Below are positions 27,682 through 42,176 of a stretch of 64,000 nt of DNA, piece after piece; position 1 is the stretch's first letter, and each line of letters begins with the position of its first letter. Source of the stretch: Escherichia coli 042. Lineage in GTDB: Bacteria; Pseudomonadota; Gammaproteobacteria; Enterobacterales; Enterobacteriaceae. The stretch lies in assembly GCF_000027125.1 (NCBI RefSeq), contig NC_017626.1; one strand, written 5' to 3'. The position numbers and the translations under genes were made by a program. A model generated the notes under the pieces. That model was not told the origin of the DNA and searched no databases. It worked only from the letters and a program-made list of their open reading frames with translations.

Positions 27682-29880
27682 TTAAACCACATCCGGCAGC
27701 TTATCGAGCAGCTTATCCAGAGTGATGGGATAATCCCGTACCCGAATACCGGTGGCGTTATACACCGCGTTGGCGATAGCCGCGCTCACGCCGCACAGGC
27801 CCAGCTCACCGACACCTTTGGCCTTCATCGGGGAGGAGATGGGGTCGGTATCATCCAGGAAAATCACCTCCTGTTTTGGGATATCCGCATGAACCGGCAC
27901 CTCATACCCCGCCATATCGTGATTAACGAAGTAGCCCAAACGGTCATCTACCGCCAGCTCCTCCATCAGTGCCGCGCCCATGCCCATAGTCATCGCGCCA
28001 ATGACCTGGCTGCGTGCAGTTTTCGGATTCAGGATGCGTCCTGCAGCACACACAGCGAGCATACGCCGGACCCGAACTTCTCCCGTCGCGCTATGCACGC
28101 CGACCTCCACAAAATGCCCGGCAAAGGTCGACTGCTGGTACTCCTTGCTCAGTGTTCCGAATTCAATGCTCTCTTCCGCTGTCAGTCTGCCGCCTGCGGT
28201 GGCCCCATGTAGCATGGCGCTTCGGGTACCGTTGGTAATCTTACCGTCGGCAAACTGCGACTGCTCAGGATCAAACCCGACTGCCGAGGCAATCATTTCG
28301 CGAAGCTTCACACAGGCGGCGTAAACGCCGGAGGTGGAGGTATTCGCGCCCCATTGTCCACCAGAACCCGCAGAAACCGGGAAACTGGAATCGCCGAGGT
28401 GAACCGCAACCTGCTCCAGCGGTACGCCAAGCATTTCCGCTGCCGTCTGGGCCAGAATGGTGTAGCTGCCAGTGCCAATATCGGTCATGTCCGTTTCCAC
28501 GGTAACGGTGCCGTTTTGCTCCAGGTGAACCCGCGCACCCGATTTTTCCAGCAGATTATTGCGAAAGCCCGCCGCAACACCGTGGCCGACTAGCCACTCC
28601 CCGTCGCGTACCTGTCCGGGTGTGGCGTTGCGCTGCTTCCAGCCAAATTTATCCGCTCCGGTGCGCAAGCACTCGATAAGCTGACGGCGAGAGAAGCGGC
28701 GCGTCGGGTCGGCGGGGTCAACCTGAGTGTCATTCAGGATGCGAAACTCGACGGGATCGATGCCCGCTTTTTCCGCCAGTTCGTCGATCGCGATTTCGAG
28801 CGCCATCAGACCGGGGGCTTCGCCGGGCGCACGCATGGCGTTCCCTTCCGGCAAATCAAGCGTGGCGAGCCGCAGGCCTGTATGACGGTTTGCCCCTGCG
28901 TAGAGTAATTCGCTTTGCTGTACCGCCGTTTCCGGCGTGCCACCGGGCAGGTTTCCGGACCAGCTTTCATGTGAGATAGCGGTGATTTTCCCGCTCTGGT
29001 CAGTACCGATACGCAAGTGCTGAAGGGTGGCGGGGCGGTGCGTGGTGTTATTGGGAATAGTGGGGCGGGGGAGCATCACTTTAACCGGACGTTTCACCGC
29101 ACGGGCGGCGAGGGCCGCCAGCAGCGCATCGCTTCTCAGGAACAGCTTGCCGCCAAACCCTCCGCCGATATACGGGGAGATAATACGCACATTCTCCACG
29201 GGCACTTTCAGCGTTTTTGCCAGATCGGTGCGGCACCAGTCAATCATCTGATTTGAGGTCCAGAGGGTAAGCTTATTCCCATCCCAGACGGCCATCGAGG
29301 CATGCGGCTCCATCGCCATATGGCTCTGGTCCGGGGTCGTGTAGGTAGCACCAATCTTTACCGCAGCGGAGGTGAAAGCCCCGTCAAAGTCACCAACGTT
29401 TTTATCGGGCGTGTCTTCCGGCGGCTGACTGACGGCCTGTTTTTCGTCCGCCAGGGAGTAAGCTCCTTTATTACGGCGATAGTGCGCCTGCACCAGCGAG
29501 GCCGCCGCTCGCGCCTGTTCGAAGGTCTCAGCCACTACCAGCGCAATGGCCTGATGATAGTGCTCAATAGTGGGGCCGCCTAACAGGCTGGCGGTGTTTT
29601 TGTCGCCTTTGCCGAGTGCCCCGGCGTTACTGGCGGTAATGACAGCCAGTACGCCCGGCGCTTTTTGCGCGGCGTCCGTATCGAGGGCGGTGAGGCGTCC
29701 TTTGGCAATGGCGGAACCGACGATATAGCCATAGGCGGCGTTGGGAGCTTCTTCATACCATTCGTAGGCGTAGCGTGCCGTGCCGGTAGTTTTCAGCGGT
29801 CCGTCGATGCGGTCATGGGGACGACCGACAACCTTCAGCTGATCGATCGGGTTTTCCCCTGCGGGTTTATCAAATTTCAT
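27682..29880 (-). CDS. paoC: Aldehyde oxidoreductase molybdopterin-binding subunit
   Basis: 732 aa xanthine dehydrogenase-family molybdopterin subunit. Confidence 0.9.
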   Translation of the reverse strand: MKFDKPAGENPIDQLKVVGRPHDRIDGPLKTTGTARYAYEWYEEAPNAAYGYIVGSAIAKGRLTALDTDAAQKAPGVLAVITASNAGALGKGDKNTASLLGGPTIEHYHQAIALVVAETFEQARAAASLVQAHYRRNKGAYSLADEKQAVSQPPEDTPDKNVGDFDGAFTSAAVKIGATYTTPDQSHMAMEPHASMAVWDGNKLTLWTSNQMIDWCRTDLAKTLKVPVENVRIISPYIGGGFGGKLFLRSDALLAALAARAVKRPVKVMLPRPTIPNNTTHRPATLQHLRIGTDQSGKITAISHESWSGNLPGGTPETAVQQSELLYAGANRHTGLRLATLDLPEGNAMRAPGEAPGLMALEIAIDELAEKAGIDPVEFRILNDTQVDPADPTRRFSRRQLIECLRTGADKFGWKQRNATPGQVRDGEWLVGHGVAAGFRNNLLEKSGARVHLEQNGTVTVETDMTDIGTGSYTILAQTAAEMLGVPLEQVAVHLGDSSFPVSAGSGGQWGANTSTSGVYAACVKLREMIASAVGFDPEQSQFADGKITNGTRSAMLHGATAGGRLTAEESIEFGTLSKEYQQSTFAGHFVEVGVHSATGEVRVRRMLAVCAAGRILNPKTARSQVIGAMTMGMGAALMEELAVDDRLGYFVNHDMAGYEVPVHADIPKQEVIFLDDTDPISSPMKAKGVGELGLCGVSAAIANAVYNATGIRVRDYPITLDKLLDKLPDVV

Positions 29881-30833
29881 GCCTGTGCCCTCGCTTCAGC
29901 CAGTACGGAGGCAAGCGTTCGCTTCGCCAACAGGAGTTTAAAGGTGTTTTCAGCGGTGGGATGGGCGCTGGCGAACAGCGCGTCATATACGGCCTGCGCC
30001 CCCTGGGATAGCTGAGCATCCGCAGCCTCAATGCGCCAGGGCTTATGTGCTACTCCGCCCAGCGCGACGCGCCCGCTGCCGTCAGGCTGAATAATCGCTG
30101 CGACCGATACCAGGGCAAAGGCGTAGGAGGCGCGATCGCGCACCTTACGGTAAATATGTTTTCCGCCGAGCGGCGGAGGTAACGTCACCGCAACGATAAG
30201 CTCACCGGGAAGCAGGTCGGTTTCAATGTGCGGCGTTTTTCCCGGAGGGTGATAAAAATCAGCCAGTGTGATACTGCGAGTCTTTCCCTCCGGCGTGATG
30301 GTTTCCACCACCGCATCCAGCAACCGCATTGCGACCGCCATATCGCTCGGATGGGTGGCAATGCAGGCTTCGCTTACGCCTACCACCGCGTGCTGACGGC
30401 TAAAGCCTTCAAGTGCCGCGCAGCCGCTCCCGGGCAGGCGCTTATTGCAGGGCTGATTGGTGTCGTAAAAATAGGGGCAGCGCGTGCGCTGGAGCAGATT
30501 ACCTGCGGTGGTTGCCTGATTACGTAACTGACCAGACGCGCCAGCGAGCAGGGCGCGGGAGAGTACCGCGTAATCACGACGCACGCGCTCGTGAGCTGCC
30601 AGGTCGGTGTTCCGTACCAGTGCGCCGATGCGCAGCCCACCCGCGTCGGTTACTTCAATCTTATCGAGCCCGAGCCCGTTCACATCGATAAGGTGGGTTG
30701 GCGTTTCAATTTCCAGCTTCATCAGGTCCAGCAGATTGGTCCCGCCAGCGATAAATTTTGCGCCAGGTACGCGCTGAGCGCTAAGTGCCGCCTCGGCCGG
30801 GGTGTTCACACGTTCATAGGTAAACGCCTTCAT
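29877..30833 (-). CDS. paoB: Aldehyde oxidoreductase FAD-binding subunit
   Basis: 318 aa; FAD-binding CO-dehydrogenase-like subunit; 4-nt overlaps with both neighbours. Confidence 0.9.
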   Translation of the reverse strand: MKAFTYERVNTPAEAALSAQRVPGAKFIAGGTNLLDLMKLEIETPTHLIDVNGLGLDKIEVTDAGGLRIGALVRNTDLAAHERVRRDYAVLSRALLAGASGQLRNQATTAGNLLQRTRCPYFYDTNQPCNKRLPGSGCAALEGFSRQHAVVGVSEACIATHPSDMAVAMRLLDAVVETITPEGKTRSITLADFYHPPGKTPHIETDLLPGELIVAVTLPPPLGGKHIYRKVRDRASYAFALVSVAAIIQPDGSGRVALGGVAHKPWRIEAADAQLSQGAQAVYDALFASAHPTAENTFKLLLAKRTLASVLAEARAQA

Positions 30834-31519
30834 GATTTTATCTCCCCCGCAGCGTCTTCAATGGCGGCAAGGATGTTAGCGTATGCACCACAGCGACAGA
30901 TGTTGCCGCTCATACGTTCACGGATCTCATCGGCAGTTCTTTCTGGAGGGGAAACCAAATCGACCGTGACGTGACTGGGAATGCCGTCCTGAATCTCTTT
31001 TAGCACCGCTACTGATGAGCAAATTTGCCCGGAGGTGCAGTAGCCGCACTGGAAGCCATCATGCTTGATAAAGGCCGCCTGCATGGGGTGAAGATTCTCT
31101 GGTGAACCCAGGCCTTCAATGGTGGTGATCTCGGCCCCCTGATGCATGACTGCAAGCGTCAGGCAGGCATTAAGCCTGCGACCATTGACCAGCACGGTAC
31201 AGGCTCCGCACTGTCCGTGATCGCAACCTTTCTTGGTACCGAACAGATGCAGATTTTCACGCAAAGCGTCCAGTAGCGTGGTTCGGGTATCAACGTCCAA
31301 CTGCTCGGTTTTGCCGTTCACCTTAAGTGTCAGGGGCATTATCTCTGGCGCGGGTGTAGCTGCCGGAACGCTTGCTGCAAGCGTAGAATGAGGATAAACC
31401 ACGGCGGTCGCCGCCGTTGCGGCGCTGACTTTAATCAGATCGCGACGGGTCAAACTAAAATCGTGCGGCTCGTGCTTCCCAACCCGATTATCTTCGGGGT
31501 ATTCGCCTTGGTTGCTCAT
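30830..31519 (-). CDS. paoA: Aldehyde oxidoreductase 2Fe-2S subunit with Tat signal
   Basis: 229 aa; twin-arginine motif ([18 protein letters not shown]) and two [2Fe-2S] cysteine clusters ([17 protein letters not shown]). Confidence 0.9.
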   Translation of the reverse strand: MSNQGEYPEDNRVGKHEPHDFSLTRRDLIKVSAATAATAVVYPHSTLAASVPAATPAPEIMPLTLKVNGKTEQLDVDTRTTLLDALRENLHLFGTKKGCDHGQCGACTVLVNGRRLNACLTLAVMHQGAEITTIEGLGSPENLHPMQAAFIKHDGFQCGYCTSGQICSSVAVLKEIQDGIPSHVTVDLVSPPERTADEIRERMSGNICRCGAYANILAAIEDAAGEIKS

Positions 31520-31925
31520 ACCAGGCCTCCGGTATTCTAAAGGGGAAAATAAGAGAGCGTTGCGAGAGTGCTGATGCTTTTTTAAATGTTAAGCATAGTC
31601 GGTGAGAGCAGGAGGATTATTCTTAAAACGCGAATGCAGCTATGAGCCCGGCTAATTAATTCATATTCGCCGATGACGGGAGCTCGTTTATTGCTTTAGT
31701 TGTGCGATGCAAAAAACGATAAGGAAACCTGTGATTGTCAGCTCTGCATCACCCTACAAATCTTTGTCACTTCTAACATAAAAATAGGGAGAAATGATGG
31801 TGCTTATATTCATTGGCGATTAAGAAACTATTTTGTTATACAAAACAATACAGTTCTTTACATTTGTCTTGTTTTATGAATACTCCTGAAGAGGTGTATA
31901 ACATAATGGTACAAGCAGGGTAGAT

Positions 31926-32540
31926 ATGAATATATTTGAACAAACTCCACCGAACCGCAGACGTTATGGTCTTGCTGCATTCATTGGGCTGATTGCTGGC
32001 GTTGTTTCCGCATTTGTGAAGTGGGGGGCTGAAGTTCCATTGCCGCCACGTAGCCCGGTGGATATGTTTAATGCAGCGTGTGGCCCGGAATCATTAATCA
32101 GGGCTGCTGGGCAAATTGATTGCTCCCGTAATTTTCTCAATCCTCCGTATATTTTTCTTCGAGACTGGCTAGGGCTGACAGATCCTAATGCGGCTGTTTA
32201 TACCTTTGCCGGGCATGTCTTTAACTGGGTTGGCGTTACGCACATTATCTTTTCGATAGTGTTTGCCGTTGGTTACTGTGTGGTCGCTGAAGTATTTCCA
32301 AAAATTAAACTCTGGCAGGGCTTACTGGCAGGTGCTTTAGCCCAACTTTTTGTTCATATGATTTCATTCCCTCTCATGGGACTGACGCCACCTCTGTTTG
32401 ATCTCCCGTGGTATGAGAATGTTTCTGAAATTTTTGGACATTTAGTCTGGTTCTGGTCCATTGAAATTATTCGCAGAGATTTACGAAACAGAATTACTCA
32501 TGAGCCAGACCCTGAGATCCCTTTAGGCTCAAACAGATAA
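31926..32540 (+). CDS. yagU: Inner membrane protein YagU (DUF1440)
   Basis: 204 aa; hydrophobic helices; conserved position next to the pao operon. Confidence 0.8.
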
Positions 32541-32788
32541 TGCATTGAATAATAAAAATGGCGCAAATGCAGCGCCATTTTTATAGGTTAAAAACATTGC
32601 TTTTTACTTTCTGAAGCAGATAGCCAGTGAGTACATCGCGCTACTTCAGGATGCTGTAGATCCGGAGAACACTATAGAGGAAGATGCATTGTTGCTGGCA
32701 GATGGAAGAAGTTTCGGGTTTTGTTATCCCTGAAAAACGAAGCCCCGCGGTTATAGCTGGCGGGGCAGTGCAATTAATTATTGCATAT

Positions 32789-33118
32789 TTATAACGGTGT
32801 CAGCCCGTATTTAGCTCTTGCACGATTGCAAGCCTCATTGACGACTCCGTTCTCACCAGACATGGCGAATTCTCTGCACGTGGACGATCGATTTTTATAT
32901 ATCGTGCAGCAGGCATTTTTGCCCGGGGTTCCTGCAAGGGCAATACATCGGGGGTTTTTCTGATTGGTACCGCTCATGCATCGGTGAAAAGGGGATATTT
33001 GTTCAGTGAGCCTGGCGGGAATGGTACCGCCAGCATCGTCGGCTTCGGCCCAGTAAAAAGAGACGCGGAAAAATGCACAACAGGCACCACACGTCATGCA
33101 TGGATTCAGATTGCTCAT
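32789..33118 (-). CDS. ykgJ: Cys-rich putative zinc/iron-chelating protein YkgJ
   Basis: 109 aa; CxxC motifs (CMTCGACC ... CREF); conserved position. Confidence 0.75.
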
Positions 33119-33430
33119 AATTCACCAGTACAGCTTTAAATCGTAAAGAGAACAGCGGTACATCGTATGTAAGAACGTACCGCGGTTGGCTGGTGTACTT
33201 TCGATAGTGTGAGTATTGAATGATTTCCAGCCTTTACCGATTTTACGTACTAATTCGTGAATAAACCACTCGTTAGCAGGCTGCCTGGTACCTTTCCGCG
33301 TCTCCTGAACACGATGGTGTACATATGAGAAAGCCCATCGTTACAGGTGACATTGACGATCGCTTCCACATTATTTAAACGATTTTTGAGTCTCTGAGGT
33401 GGAATTCTTCCCTCGTCCGATGGATAAGTC

Positions 33431-34141
33431 TTAGTCCGCCGAAGGGGGCTTAGCCGGACAGGAATCGCTAATCTTAATGAATTTGTCGTTATAGACCAGA
33501 TAATGATTCCCCGGCTGACGTAACTCAGGCTGATGAACCACGTCTCCCGGACGTAGATACCAGGCGTCGCCTTCCTCTTCGGTCGAATCACATCCTGGTT
33601 TAATCAGTAGCTTAAACCACGTGTTGCCGGTGTTACTTACCGTTCCTGTCACCTGGTCGAAGGACCATCTAAACTGAACCTGACGAGGTCGTACTACCAG
33701 AATGGTATCCATCACCACCACCGGCTCCGTGCTGACCTCGCCGCCGGTTGGGCTGCGACTTGTCTGGTTGCGAGTGGGGACCTCGCGAAATGAGACCCGG
33801 TAGTAGCGCTCGCGGTTATCCTGTGGCCCATGATAGTAAAATTTAAAATACTCGCTCTCACCAGCCTGCAACGCCAGCTGGCGGGGGGCGAAAAGCAGTT
33901 CACCATCCACCGGTCGGGTGCGCAATTCACTGCTGCCTGGGCTATCAATTGCACTGATGGCAATACGGTATATCCGCGCGCTTTTGTTGTTATTCACTAC
34001 ACGTTTGCTGACAAAGTCAGTCTCGGACGGCAGTGAAAAAGTCAGATTGCCGACCGAAATCGCCTGTGTCAAAGGTGCCGCCAGCATACAGACCACTGTC
34101 AGCAGGGCCTTAGTTAATGTTACGCCACGTCGCCTGAACAT
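33431..34141 (-). CDS. ecpE: E. coli common pilus chaperone-like protein EcpE
   Basis: Start set at [27 protein letters not shown], 236 aa; overlaps the ecpD 3' end. Confidence 0.85.
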   Translation of the reverse strand: MFRRRGVTLTKALLTVVCMLAAPLTQAISVGNLTFSLPSETDFVSKRVVNNNKSARIYRIAISAIDSPGSSELRTRPVDGELLFAPRQLALQAGESEYFKFYYHGPQDNRERYYRVSFREVPTRNQTSRSPTGGEVSTEPVVVMDTILVVRPRQVQFRWSFDQVTGTVSNTGNTWFKLLIKPGCDSTEEEGDAWYLRPGDVVHQPELRQPGNHYLVYNDKFIKISDSCPAKPPSAD

Positions 34142-35753
34142 GAATTTCTCCTGAAGCGCTGACTTCGCCAAACCAGCCGTTATCATCTACCGTACGCAGC
34201 GAAATGGCGTTATCCATTGGAATCGAAAATTTGACAGTAGTCTTATCCATCTGCCCCACTTCGCCAGAGATATCAGTCCACGGTGTAGTCAGCCACAGCG
34301 CATCGGTCATATCCCGCCAGCTATCATCGCACCCGGCATCGTAGGTTTTTGTAGCTCCGTTGCGGGCAATAAAGGAAAGTGTCGCCGGGAACGGTACTTT
34401 CGCCTTACCGTCATCGGAGCTGAAGACACAATAGGAGCGCCCGCCAATCACCTGCGCGGGTCCGGTCACCTTGATCAGCACTTCGTCGGCAGCTGTTTTA
34501 CCGCTGGTGGTTACGATATAACCGAAATCGAGTGCCGACTCGCCGCTACCAACATATCCCTCCCGCGACGGTGTCTGAGTATATTCATCGGAGATAATAC
34601 TGATGCTGAAATCACGGGGTTTGATAATCAGCGTGTTGGAGGTAGAAAATTCATACCAGCCAGACTCCGGTGATGTGGTGTTCTGAAAGCGAAAGTTGAA
34701 TAGATCTTTGGTGTTGATATCGCTGATCCCGAGGTTCACCATCTGCTTAAAGAAGTTGCTCGAGAAGAAAACATAGATCGAGTCTGCGCTCTTCATCTCG
34801 TTGAAGGTGTAGTAATAGGCAGTATTGCTCACCGGTTTCCATGAACTGCCATTCAGACTGAACTGCATATCGTACGCCCCGACGGCCGAGGCTAACGACG
34901 AGTTGGCGATCGCCGGGAATATATGGATTGAGGTGTTGCTGAGTCCGTTTGTTTGCAGGGTATAGTTAACCATCTTACAACTTAATCCTGAACGGCTGCC
35001 GATGGTTTGCGTCCGGCAGTCGGCGTTCCCTTCGCCCAGAGTCGGTACTCCGTCGCTGTTGATAAATACTTCCGCCAGCGAGTGGGTATTTATCAACCGT
35101 AGATTTGCTGCTTTCGTATGGGTGACGTTGCGAACATACCAGTTGCCGGAGGCCTGATCCTTACAGCGTGCGCCGCTGCTGGCGTCATAGTTCACAGAGG
35201 TCTGGCAGGCATTGATGGTCATTGTAAAGCTGCTGCCGACGGGCATTTGTTGCAGATACTGGTAAAACGCGTCTGACAACATGCCGTGCATCCACTTCGC
35301 GCCGCCGCTGGTCACCGTCGCGCCATAAAATCCACTGGCGTCGGTGGTTTGCGGCAGGATAAGACTGGTGGTCATATTACACCCTGCGTACCAGTTGATG
35401 CAGCGCAAGCCAGTTAAAGGAGATGAAACTGGTGAATTTTCCAGCCACATATCAAACTTCCAGTTGGTATAAAGGCCGGTGTTGTAACCGTTATCAATGT
35501 AGCCGAGGCTTTGCTGATAGATGGTTCCTGAACCATTGTATTTTAAACCGGTCCAGCGGTTGGCACCGGTCAGGCGCGGATCCAGCGCCCCGCCAGGCGT
35601 GACGAAAAAGTTGTCGTCTGAGTTGTTTTCGACAAACACAAACTCGCGTGCCGGAGCATCCGCCCAGGTTGTTTTGCTCACTGCCGCTCTGAGCGCGGTT
35701 GCAGGCCAGATTAGCGCAAAGATTATCATCGCTATCAGTAGGTTAACTCTCAT
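34110..35753 (-). CDS. ecpD: E. coli common pilus tip adhesin EcpD
   Basis: 547 aa with signal peptide [23 protein letters not shown]; position in the ecp operon. Confidence 0.9.
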   Translation of the reverse strand: MRVNLLIAMIIFALIWPATALRAAVSKTTWADAPAREFVFVENNSDDNFFVTPGGALDPRLTGANRWTGLKYNGSGTIYQQSLGYIDNGYNTGLYTNWKFDMWLENSPVSSPLTGLRCINWYAGCNMTTSLILPQTTDASGFYGATVTSGGAKWMHGMLSDAFYQYLQQMPVGSSFTMTINACQTSVNYDASSGARCKDQASGNWYVRNVTHTKAANLRLINTHSLAEVFINSDGVPTLGEGNADCRTQTIGSRSGLSCKMVNYTLQTNGLSNTSIHIFPAIANSSLASAVGAYDMQFSLNGSSWKPVSNTAYYYTFNEMKSADSIYVFFSSNFFKQMVNLGISDINTKDLFNFRFQNTTSPESGWYEFSTSNTLIIKPRDFSISIISDEYTQTPSREGYVGSGESALDFGYIVTTSGKTAADEVLIKVTGPAQVIGGRSYCVFSSDDGKAKVPFPATLSFIARNGATKTYDAGCDDSWRDMTDALWLTTPWTDISGEVGQMDKTTVKFSIPMDNAISLRTVDDNGWFGEVSASGEIHVQATWRNIN

Positions 35754-38268
35754 TCTCTTCTCCTGTCTGCGTCACCGCCGCCCACGATGAGAGGCCGCTG
35801 CAGACCACATCACCGACCCAGACGGCACCGCGCGCCTGGTTGAGTTCCAGTGCCACTTCGCAGGTTTTATTGCCACTGTAGCGAAAATCGATAGTGGGGT
35901 ATTTCTTGTCCACGTCCATGACAAACTCGCCGTTTTCATCGGTTCGGGTTCGGCCGATATGGTTGTTAATCCGTGCGTTAGCCAGCAGTGTGCCGTCTTC
36001 CGCACGGATACGACCGGAGACGGTAACCATCTGCTTCACCTCTGGCTCAATGACAGCGACATTGCCTGGATAGAGAGTCAGATGGCTTTTGCGACCGCTG
36101 ACGATATCGTAACTGTCGAGTGAGTTTTTGCTGTTCTGTAACTCCACCTCATATCTTCCATAGGGAGAGAGCGGGAGATAGTTACGCTTGCCGTTAAGCG
36201 GGAAAATCCGCCCGTTGATTTTGGCGCTGATCTGACCATCGTTCTCCAGGCCAGTGTCGAATATCACCCCAGCATTGCCATCGGTCCGCCCGCTGGCAGC
36301 AATGTTTTTACCCTGCCAGCCGACGCTGCCATTGGCGGTCAAGTTGGTATTGATGTAGCCGTCCGCCGCGCTATTGATGTTCAGCGTTCCGCTGGCGTAA
36401 CGAGCGTCGAACTGTGCATACGCCCCACCGCTGAGGGTTTTGTCATCACCGGTATCGCCGGAGATGGCTCGTGACAGATTGGCACCAACAGTGCGAATGG
36501 TCCCTTCATCAAACTGCTTGCGTGCTGACAGGTTTGCCATGGTGTAGCCGTTTTGATGAGTCATCCCTGCGCTAAACCAGTTGCCCAGTGGTAGCGAGAG
36601 ATCGAGAGCGATATATTTCCCTGTATTGGCGTTGCTGTCGCCGTTGTTATAGCGCTGAATACCGGCCCGCAGGCCAAGCGAACCAAAGGGACCGCTGTAG
36701 ACATTTTGATAGTAATCTGCCGTGTAATAATGGCTGTTGTAACGGCGGTCATCATTGTAGCTGATGCTGAATGTGCCCAGCTTCGACCACAGTGAGTTCA
36801 GGTTGAGTGTGCCGCCGATTGCACGGTTGTCGGCATCGCTACGTCGCAATTGATTGCCAATGCGGGTTTTTTCCTGGTTAACCCACAGCGAACTAAAGCC
36901 TCCCGGTAGAGTGGCGCTGATGCTGGCGATGTTGCTCCATGAGCTGTCACTGGCCAGCATATTTTGCAGGTTAACGTTGATCGCTCCCCCAAGCGGCAGC
37001 GTCAGACGGGTTTCACCCACCGCCTGATTATCGTATCCATATCCCGTTGCCGCCCAGCTAAGCGTACTCAGTGAGCCGGAGGTCGAGGCACCTGCCAGCC
37101 AACTCTCTTTAGCTGGTCGCGTCTTTTTCCCGTTTTCCGACCAGCGATCCATATGAAAGCTACCGCCCCATATCTGCCACGCCAGTGGTGCACCGACGCC
37201 GCGCCCCCGGCTAAACAGCTTATTGACCCGTTGAGTGCGTTTGCTGATCACGCGACCGTTAACGATGACCTCAACTTCCACATCGTAAATACCGTACGGT
37301 AGACCCCGGGTATCCACTTCATGATTGCCCATGGTGAAGTTCTGAACGCTTAGTAGCCGCCCATCACGGGTGAGATGTACTTCGCCCGCCGCCGGTAAAA
37401 AGGCGATCACTGGCGTGGCCGACTGGCTGCTGTCGAAGATGGTGGAGCTGGCCTGGTTTCCCCAGGAAAGGCCGTAAATCTTCCCTGCTGAAATGGCGGT
37501 CATCGGCCCTAAGGACTGCAAGTTCCAGGTGTCGAGCATTCCACCGGCAAATCGGTGACCGGCAAAATCGCGTTCATACATCGCTTTATATAATTCACTG
37601 TCCTGTTGACCGCTACCGATCCCGTACAGCGAGCCGTCGAGCACCACATGATGTTCGCGCAGTGCAGTAACGTTATTCAGCGACAGATAGCTGGATGTGT
37701 TGTTCCCGCCGTTACGCAACTGGTTATTATAGATGCCGAAGTTATAGCTCAGATTACTGCTGAGGGTGTTAACACTGGACTGCCCGATGTCTTCGCTACG
37801 TGAGCGTAGTACAGTGCCCAGCGCTTCGCGCTTGACCACCAGCTGCAGCAGCAGTTGGCGCAAGCTGAGATCCAGCTGCGCGTTGTCAGTCAGGGGGATG
37901 GTAAGGGCCTCATTGAACGGGGCGTTCGCCAGAGCCATCAGCTGCTGTCGAGTTTGTTCGCTGACACTGGCGTTATCTTCACTCTCTTCCAGCTGTATTT
38001 TCCGGATGCGTAGCTGTCCATCATCCAACCAGATAAAAGCGCTGCCGATTCGCTGATCGTCCTGGCGACCCTGGCTACCGGCAAGATGAATATAGAGCGG
38101 GACGCTCATGCCGTCCTGAAGCGCCTGACTGAAGGCCTGCGGAATAATCACCCCACCTATTTGCTGCGCACTTATGTCAGCAGCGCTGGCATCGGGTTGA
38201 ACGAACAAAAAGACCATGCCGAAGGCAAACTGGGCTTTCAGTCCTGGGGAGAACCGTCGTAAAGGCAT
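35743..38268 (-). CDS. ecpC: E. coli common pilus outer-membrane usher EcpC
   Basis: 841 aa usher-like beta-barrel protein with signal peptide. Confidence 0.9.
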   Translation of the reverse strand: MPLRRFSPGLKAQFAFGMVFLFVQPDASAADISAQQIGGVIIPQAFSQALQDGMSVPLYIHLAGSQGRQDDQRIGSAFIWLDDGQLRIRKIQLEESEDNASVSEQTRQQLMALANAPFNEALTIPLTDNAQLDLSLRQLLLQLVVKREALGTVLRSRSEDIGQSSVNTLSSNLSYNFGIYNNQLRNGGNNTSSYLSLNNVTALREHHVVLDGSLYGIGSGQQDSELYKAMYERDFAGHRFAGGMLDTWNLQSLGPMTAISAGKIYGLSWGNQASSTIFDSSQSATPVIAFLPAAGEVHLTRDGRLLSVQNFTMGNHEVDTRGLPYGIYDVEVEVIVNGRVISKRTQRVNKLFSRGRGVGAPLAWQIWGGSFHMDRWSENGKKTRPAKESWLAGASTSGSLSTLSWAATGYGYDNQAVGETRLTLPLGGAINVNLQNMLASDSSWSNIASISATLPGGFSSLWVNQEKTRIGNQLRRSDADNRAIGGTLNLNSLWSKLGTFSISYNDDRRYNSHYYTADYYQNVYSGPFGSLGLRAGIQRYNNGDSNANTGKYIALDLSLPLGNWFSAGMTHQNGYTMANLSARKQFDEGTIRTVGANLSRAISGDTGDDKTLSGGAYAQFDARYASGTLNINSAADGYINTNLTANGSVGWQGKNIAASGRTDGNAGVIFDTGLENDGQISAKINGRIFPLNGKRNYLPLSPYGRYEVELQNSKNSLDSYDIVSGRKSHLTLYPGNVAVIEPEVKQMVTVSGRIRAEDGTLLANARINNHIGRTRTDENGEFVMDVDKKYPTIDFRYSGNKTCEVALELNQARGAVWVGDVVCSGLSSWAAVTQTGEENES

Positions 38269-38293
38269 TGTCGTTATCCATCTGCACAGCTAT

Positions 38294-38962
38294 CTATTTC
38301 ACGGGAATGAACTTATCACCCTGCCAAAGTGCAACCCGTCCTTTGTTATCCGCCGTGTCCACGCGGGTAAAACGACGCGACTTGCCCGGCATCAGGTAGT
38401 AATTCTCTTTACACTCCTTACCATTGGCGGCTTTCAGGCAGGGGCCATAGGCGAGGATCCGCAGCGTCGCATTTCCTGTATTTGTCAGGGAGCCGTTGGC
38501 GTACTGAAAGCGGTAGTTCGCCTGGCGGGGGGCGACGACCAGAATGGTGCCGATGCGGGCGGAAGCAGTGGCCACAGCGCTGCGGTTGGCATTCTCGCGC
38601 TGCGCATCACTGAGGGCCTGATCGAACCAGACAATGCGGTAATAGCGCTCTTTCTCATCTACTGGTCCCTTATAGAAGAAGCGGATCACTTCGCTGGCTT
38701 GGGCGGGTAGCAGCAAGCTGGCGGGAGTGAGTAGCAACTCATCCGGCTTGTCCATTGCGATAACCTGCCCGTCGTCAAGCGGTGAAGAGAGCCGTTCGAG
38801 ACGGATATTGATGAGGCGGCCACTGTCGGTACTGTTTTGGATCGTTTTGCTCAGCGTGCTGCTGTCACTGTTCATAAACGATGATATATCGCCGACATCC
38901 AGCGCCTGGGCCGGAGATATTCCGGAAAACAGCAGAGTGAGAGGCAGAAGGTGCTTTTTCAT
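38294..38962 (-). CDS. ecpB: E. coli common pilus periplasmic chaperone EcpB
   Basis: Start set at [20 protein letters not shown], 222 aa. Confidence 0.85.
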   Translation of the reverse strand: MKKHLLPLTLLFSGISPAQALDVGDISSFMNSDSSTLSKTIQNSTDSGRLINIRLERLSSPLDDGQVIAMDKPDELLLTPASLLLPAQASEVIRFFYKGPVDEKERYYRIVWFDQALSDAQRENANRSAVATASARIGTILVVAPRQANYRFQYANGSLTNTGNATLRILAYGPCLKAANGKECKENYYLMPGKSRRFTRVDTADNKGRVALWQGDKFIPVK

Positions 38963-39018
38963 AACAATTCCGTCCAGGAATAAAGCAGGGGGGTACCCCT
39001 GCTGGTACATCAGAGAGA

Positions 39019-39606
39019 TTAACTGGTCCAGGTCGCGTCGAACTGTACGCTAACGTCGCCGCTCCAGATGCCTTCCGGTAGAGTGCTGTAATCGGTTACT
39101 GCGGTGGTACCATTGGTGGTGCCGCTGATGATGGAGAAAGTGAAACCATCCTGTGCGGTGGTACGATTGCTGGCATTGTAACCGTTAGCCAGTGGGCTAA
39201 GGTTGCCGCCCAGTACGCCGTTGGCGGTATCGATCATCACGGTATCGCCAGTTTTTTCGACTGCCGCGCCGTTATAATCCACGCCCACATTCAGTGTGGA
39301 ACCTGAGGTATCCAACTGGGTTAAGGTGTTGGTGATAAGACGTGAGGTCAGTTTAAAGGCGGTAGCCGTTGAGTCACCCTCGATAGCTACGTCAAATAGA
39401 CCTTTCTGTGAGTTAAAACCTTTAATGCCTTCGGCATACTGGAACGCCAGGCTACCGAGTGGCGTCACAACCAGTTTACTGGTGGTGTCTTTTTTGGCTG
39501 TTGCCGACCAGGTCGCTACAGCCTGAGCCGTTACGTCAGCAGCCTGCGCCACACCCATGCCGGTAAACACCGTTACCAGAGCTATTGCCAGAACCTTTTT
39601 TTTCAT
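39019..39606 (-). CDS. ecpA: E. coli common pilus major subunit EcpA (MatB)
   Basis: 195 aa; signal peptide [22 protein letters not shown]; Thr/Ser/Gly-rich pilin. Confidence 0.9.
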   Translation of the reverse strand: MKKKVLAIALVTVFTGMGVAQAADVTAQAVATWSATAKKDTTSKLVVTPLGSLAFQYAEGIKGFNSQKGLFDVAIEGDSTATAFKLTSRLITNTLTQLDTSGSTLNVGVDYNGAAVEKTGDTVMIDTANGVLGGNLSPLANGYNASNRTTAQDGFTFSIISGTTNGTTAVTDYSTLPEGIWSGDVSVQFDATWTS

Positions 39607-39680
39607 TGCATTTCTTCCCGAGTTGAATTGAGGACGTGATGTCCCTGTGAGTCATTTTTTAAAACTAACTTGCCTGGAGT

Positions 39681-40292
<612 letters not shown>

Positions 40293-41306
40293 TTACAGGT
40301 ACATTCAGTTTCTTTAGTAAATCGGAAGTAAATAAGATACGTAGCACATATCAATATAGGTTAAACGAGATTAAGTTTTAATTATTTCGATTAGGTTTAA
40401 ATTTATGTTTTTTTCCTGATGAGTGTCAATATGTGAACAGAAAAGGAATTCCATGGTTAAGTCAATATTTACAAAAAATGAAAATATTGCTTTTTTGATA
40501 AGAAGAAAAAGACATTCAGTTTCATAAGGTTATTGGCAATATAACGTTCAATTCTTACTTGCATTTTATATTAGCCAGGAACTTTGCCCTGAGGTGTTAG
40601 GAATAGTCTTAATGTGTTGTGTAATGGACTAGTAAAAAAACAAGTTTAAATGATAAGAAATAGAATATAAAACTATCATGAGTCATAATTAAAGATGATT
40701 TGCCAATCAGTAAGGTGTTTTAATGGATTAACATGCCGCACAAAATGGTTATGGGTGTTCATCCCAATAAGTGATGAAAAATTAAACAGGTGTAAGTACG
40801 TCATCTGTCCGGTAAGCCCCCTAAGAGCCAAATTAAGTGAAGTTAAACGAAGACTGCCAGTTGTCACAGGAACGATGGCCTCTTTGCCAGGGCACTGGAT
40901 TCAGTCATCTGTGCGCGTTACTCTAACTGGCACTCGAACGTCGGCGATGGGGTTACCGGTGGATCAGGCCGTTCCTGTGGCGTAAACGTTTTTATGTCAG
41001 TACCAACAGATTTACCACATTTATCATCTTAACAGTTTGAGTGTAAATGCAGGCTGCGTCGCAAAGGGAGGAAACTGAGTGGCGTGTTCAGTCTAAAAGA
41101 GGGTTGATGCCAGCATACAGGGCGAAGCTGGTCAACAAGTCAACATTAAGATAATGGAATATTCGGAGAGAAACGTCAGGCAGTTGACCTTAAATGAAGA
41201 GGAAGATATATCCCCAGGAAAATTAATGCTGGTGTAATAAATACACCAACATTAATCAGGTCTGATTATTAATCAGACAAATATCGTTAATCCGGCGAAT
41301 TATGAA

Positions 41307-41447
41307 TCAACGTTTTTTCTTACGCCCCTGAACGGCCTTAAAACGTGGATTAGATTTACAAATCACATACAGCCGTCCTTTTCGCTTCACAATCTGACAG
41401 TCTGGATGGCGTTCTTTTGCGGTACGCAGAGAGTTAAGGACTTTCAT
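41307..41447 (-). CDS. rpmJ2: Zinc-independent paralog of ribosomal protein L36
   Basis: Not in the ORF track (46 aa). Manual translation [46 protein letters not shown]; start overlaps the rpmE2 stop by 1 nt. Confidence 0.85.
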   Translation of the reverse strand: MKVLNSLRTAKERHPDCQIVKRKGRLYVICKSNPRFKAVQGRKKKR

Positions 41448-41713
41448 CACGCCCCCTTTTTCGTGCTAACAAAACGACCAAAACGTTGGGTGAACCGTGC
41501 AACATTTCCTTCTGATGCTACTGTTCTCAGCTTCCCTGTATAGAACGGGTGCGATTTCGAAGAGACATCAATTGTCACGTACGGATACGTTACGCCATCC
41601 AGCTCAATCTCACGGTCTGTTTTGATAGTCGAGCCGATTTTAAAGTACTCATCAACACTGGTGTCATGGAACACCACAGTACGATACTCAGGATGGATAT
41701 TGGGTTTCATCAT
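41447..41713 (-). CDS. rpmE2: Zinc-independent paralog of ribosomal protein L31
   Basis: 88 aa, [33 protein letters not shown]...; no CxxC zinc ribbon. Confidence 0.9.
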
Positions 41714-41720
41714 TTTTACC

Positions 41721-41741
41721 CGTTATGTTATAACATAACCG
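41721..41741 (-). promoter_or_regulatory. Zur box in the rpmE2-rpmJ2 promoter
   Basis: Near-perfect palindrome CGTTATGTTATAACATAACCG, 8 nt upstream of the rpmE2 start codon. Confidence 0.7.
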
Positions 41742-42074
41742 TAAAGATACATGCTCATCCGGATCATTTCAACACCCAATCCCTGTGACCATTTGTGGTA
41801 TGTGGAATTTCCTCAACGGGGAAGTCTGGCATTGTTAACAGCCATTGGCTGACGCTCCCATAAACGCCTGGATGAGTGATTGATGATGGTTTCGCTGAGA
41901 GTATGGATTTTTCGAGAATGGAGGTTATCTCCACTTTACTGGCCGATGATTTATCGCAGTATGATTGATTACCTGACAGCGTGTATTCCTCTCCCACGGA
42001 TATAATAATTACTTACAAAAAGGGAGAGGATGCATATTTTAAATATCACTGAAGTGAACAGTTTATTGCCGTTA

Positions 42075-42176
42075 TTAATAGAAATGGAAAAATAAATAGG
42101 CGTATTCTACAATTGCGACAAAAACAACGATATTAATCAGTTTATGACTGATTTGTTGTACTTTATTCTCTTTCAT
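42075..42176 (-). CDS. ykgR: Small hydrophobic protein YkgR (33 aa)
   Basis: Manual translation MKENKVQQISHKLINIVVFVAIVEYAYLFFHFY; below the ORF-track length cut-off; matches my recollection of YkgR. Confidence 0.6.
   Translation of the reverse strand: MKENKVQQISHKLINIVVFVAIVEYAYLFFHFY

Noticed and set aside
33250-33591. 113-aa minus-strand ORF overlapping the 3' end of ecpE
   Set aside because: Overlaps the better-supported ecpE frame and has no motif; likely spurious.
40695-40985. 96-aa plus-strand ORF in the AT-rich region upstream of ecpR
   Set aside because: Could correspond to ykgL, but I cannot recall that sequence well enough and the ORF has no motif; left uncalled.
42031-42096. 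21-codon plus-strand ORF with an upstream AGGGAGAGG, apparently conserved in the paralogous copy at 22723-22788
   Set aside because: It lies antisense to ykgR and its flank; the conservation is explained by the ykgR region, and the paralog has ATA in place of ATG.
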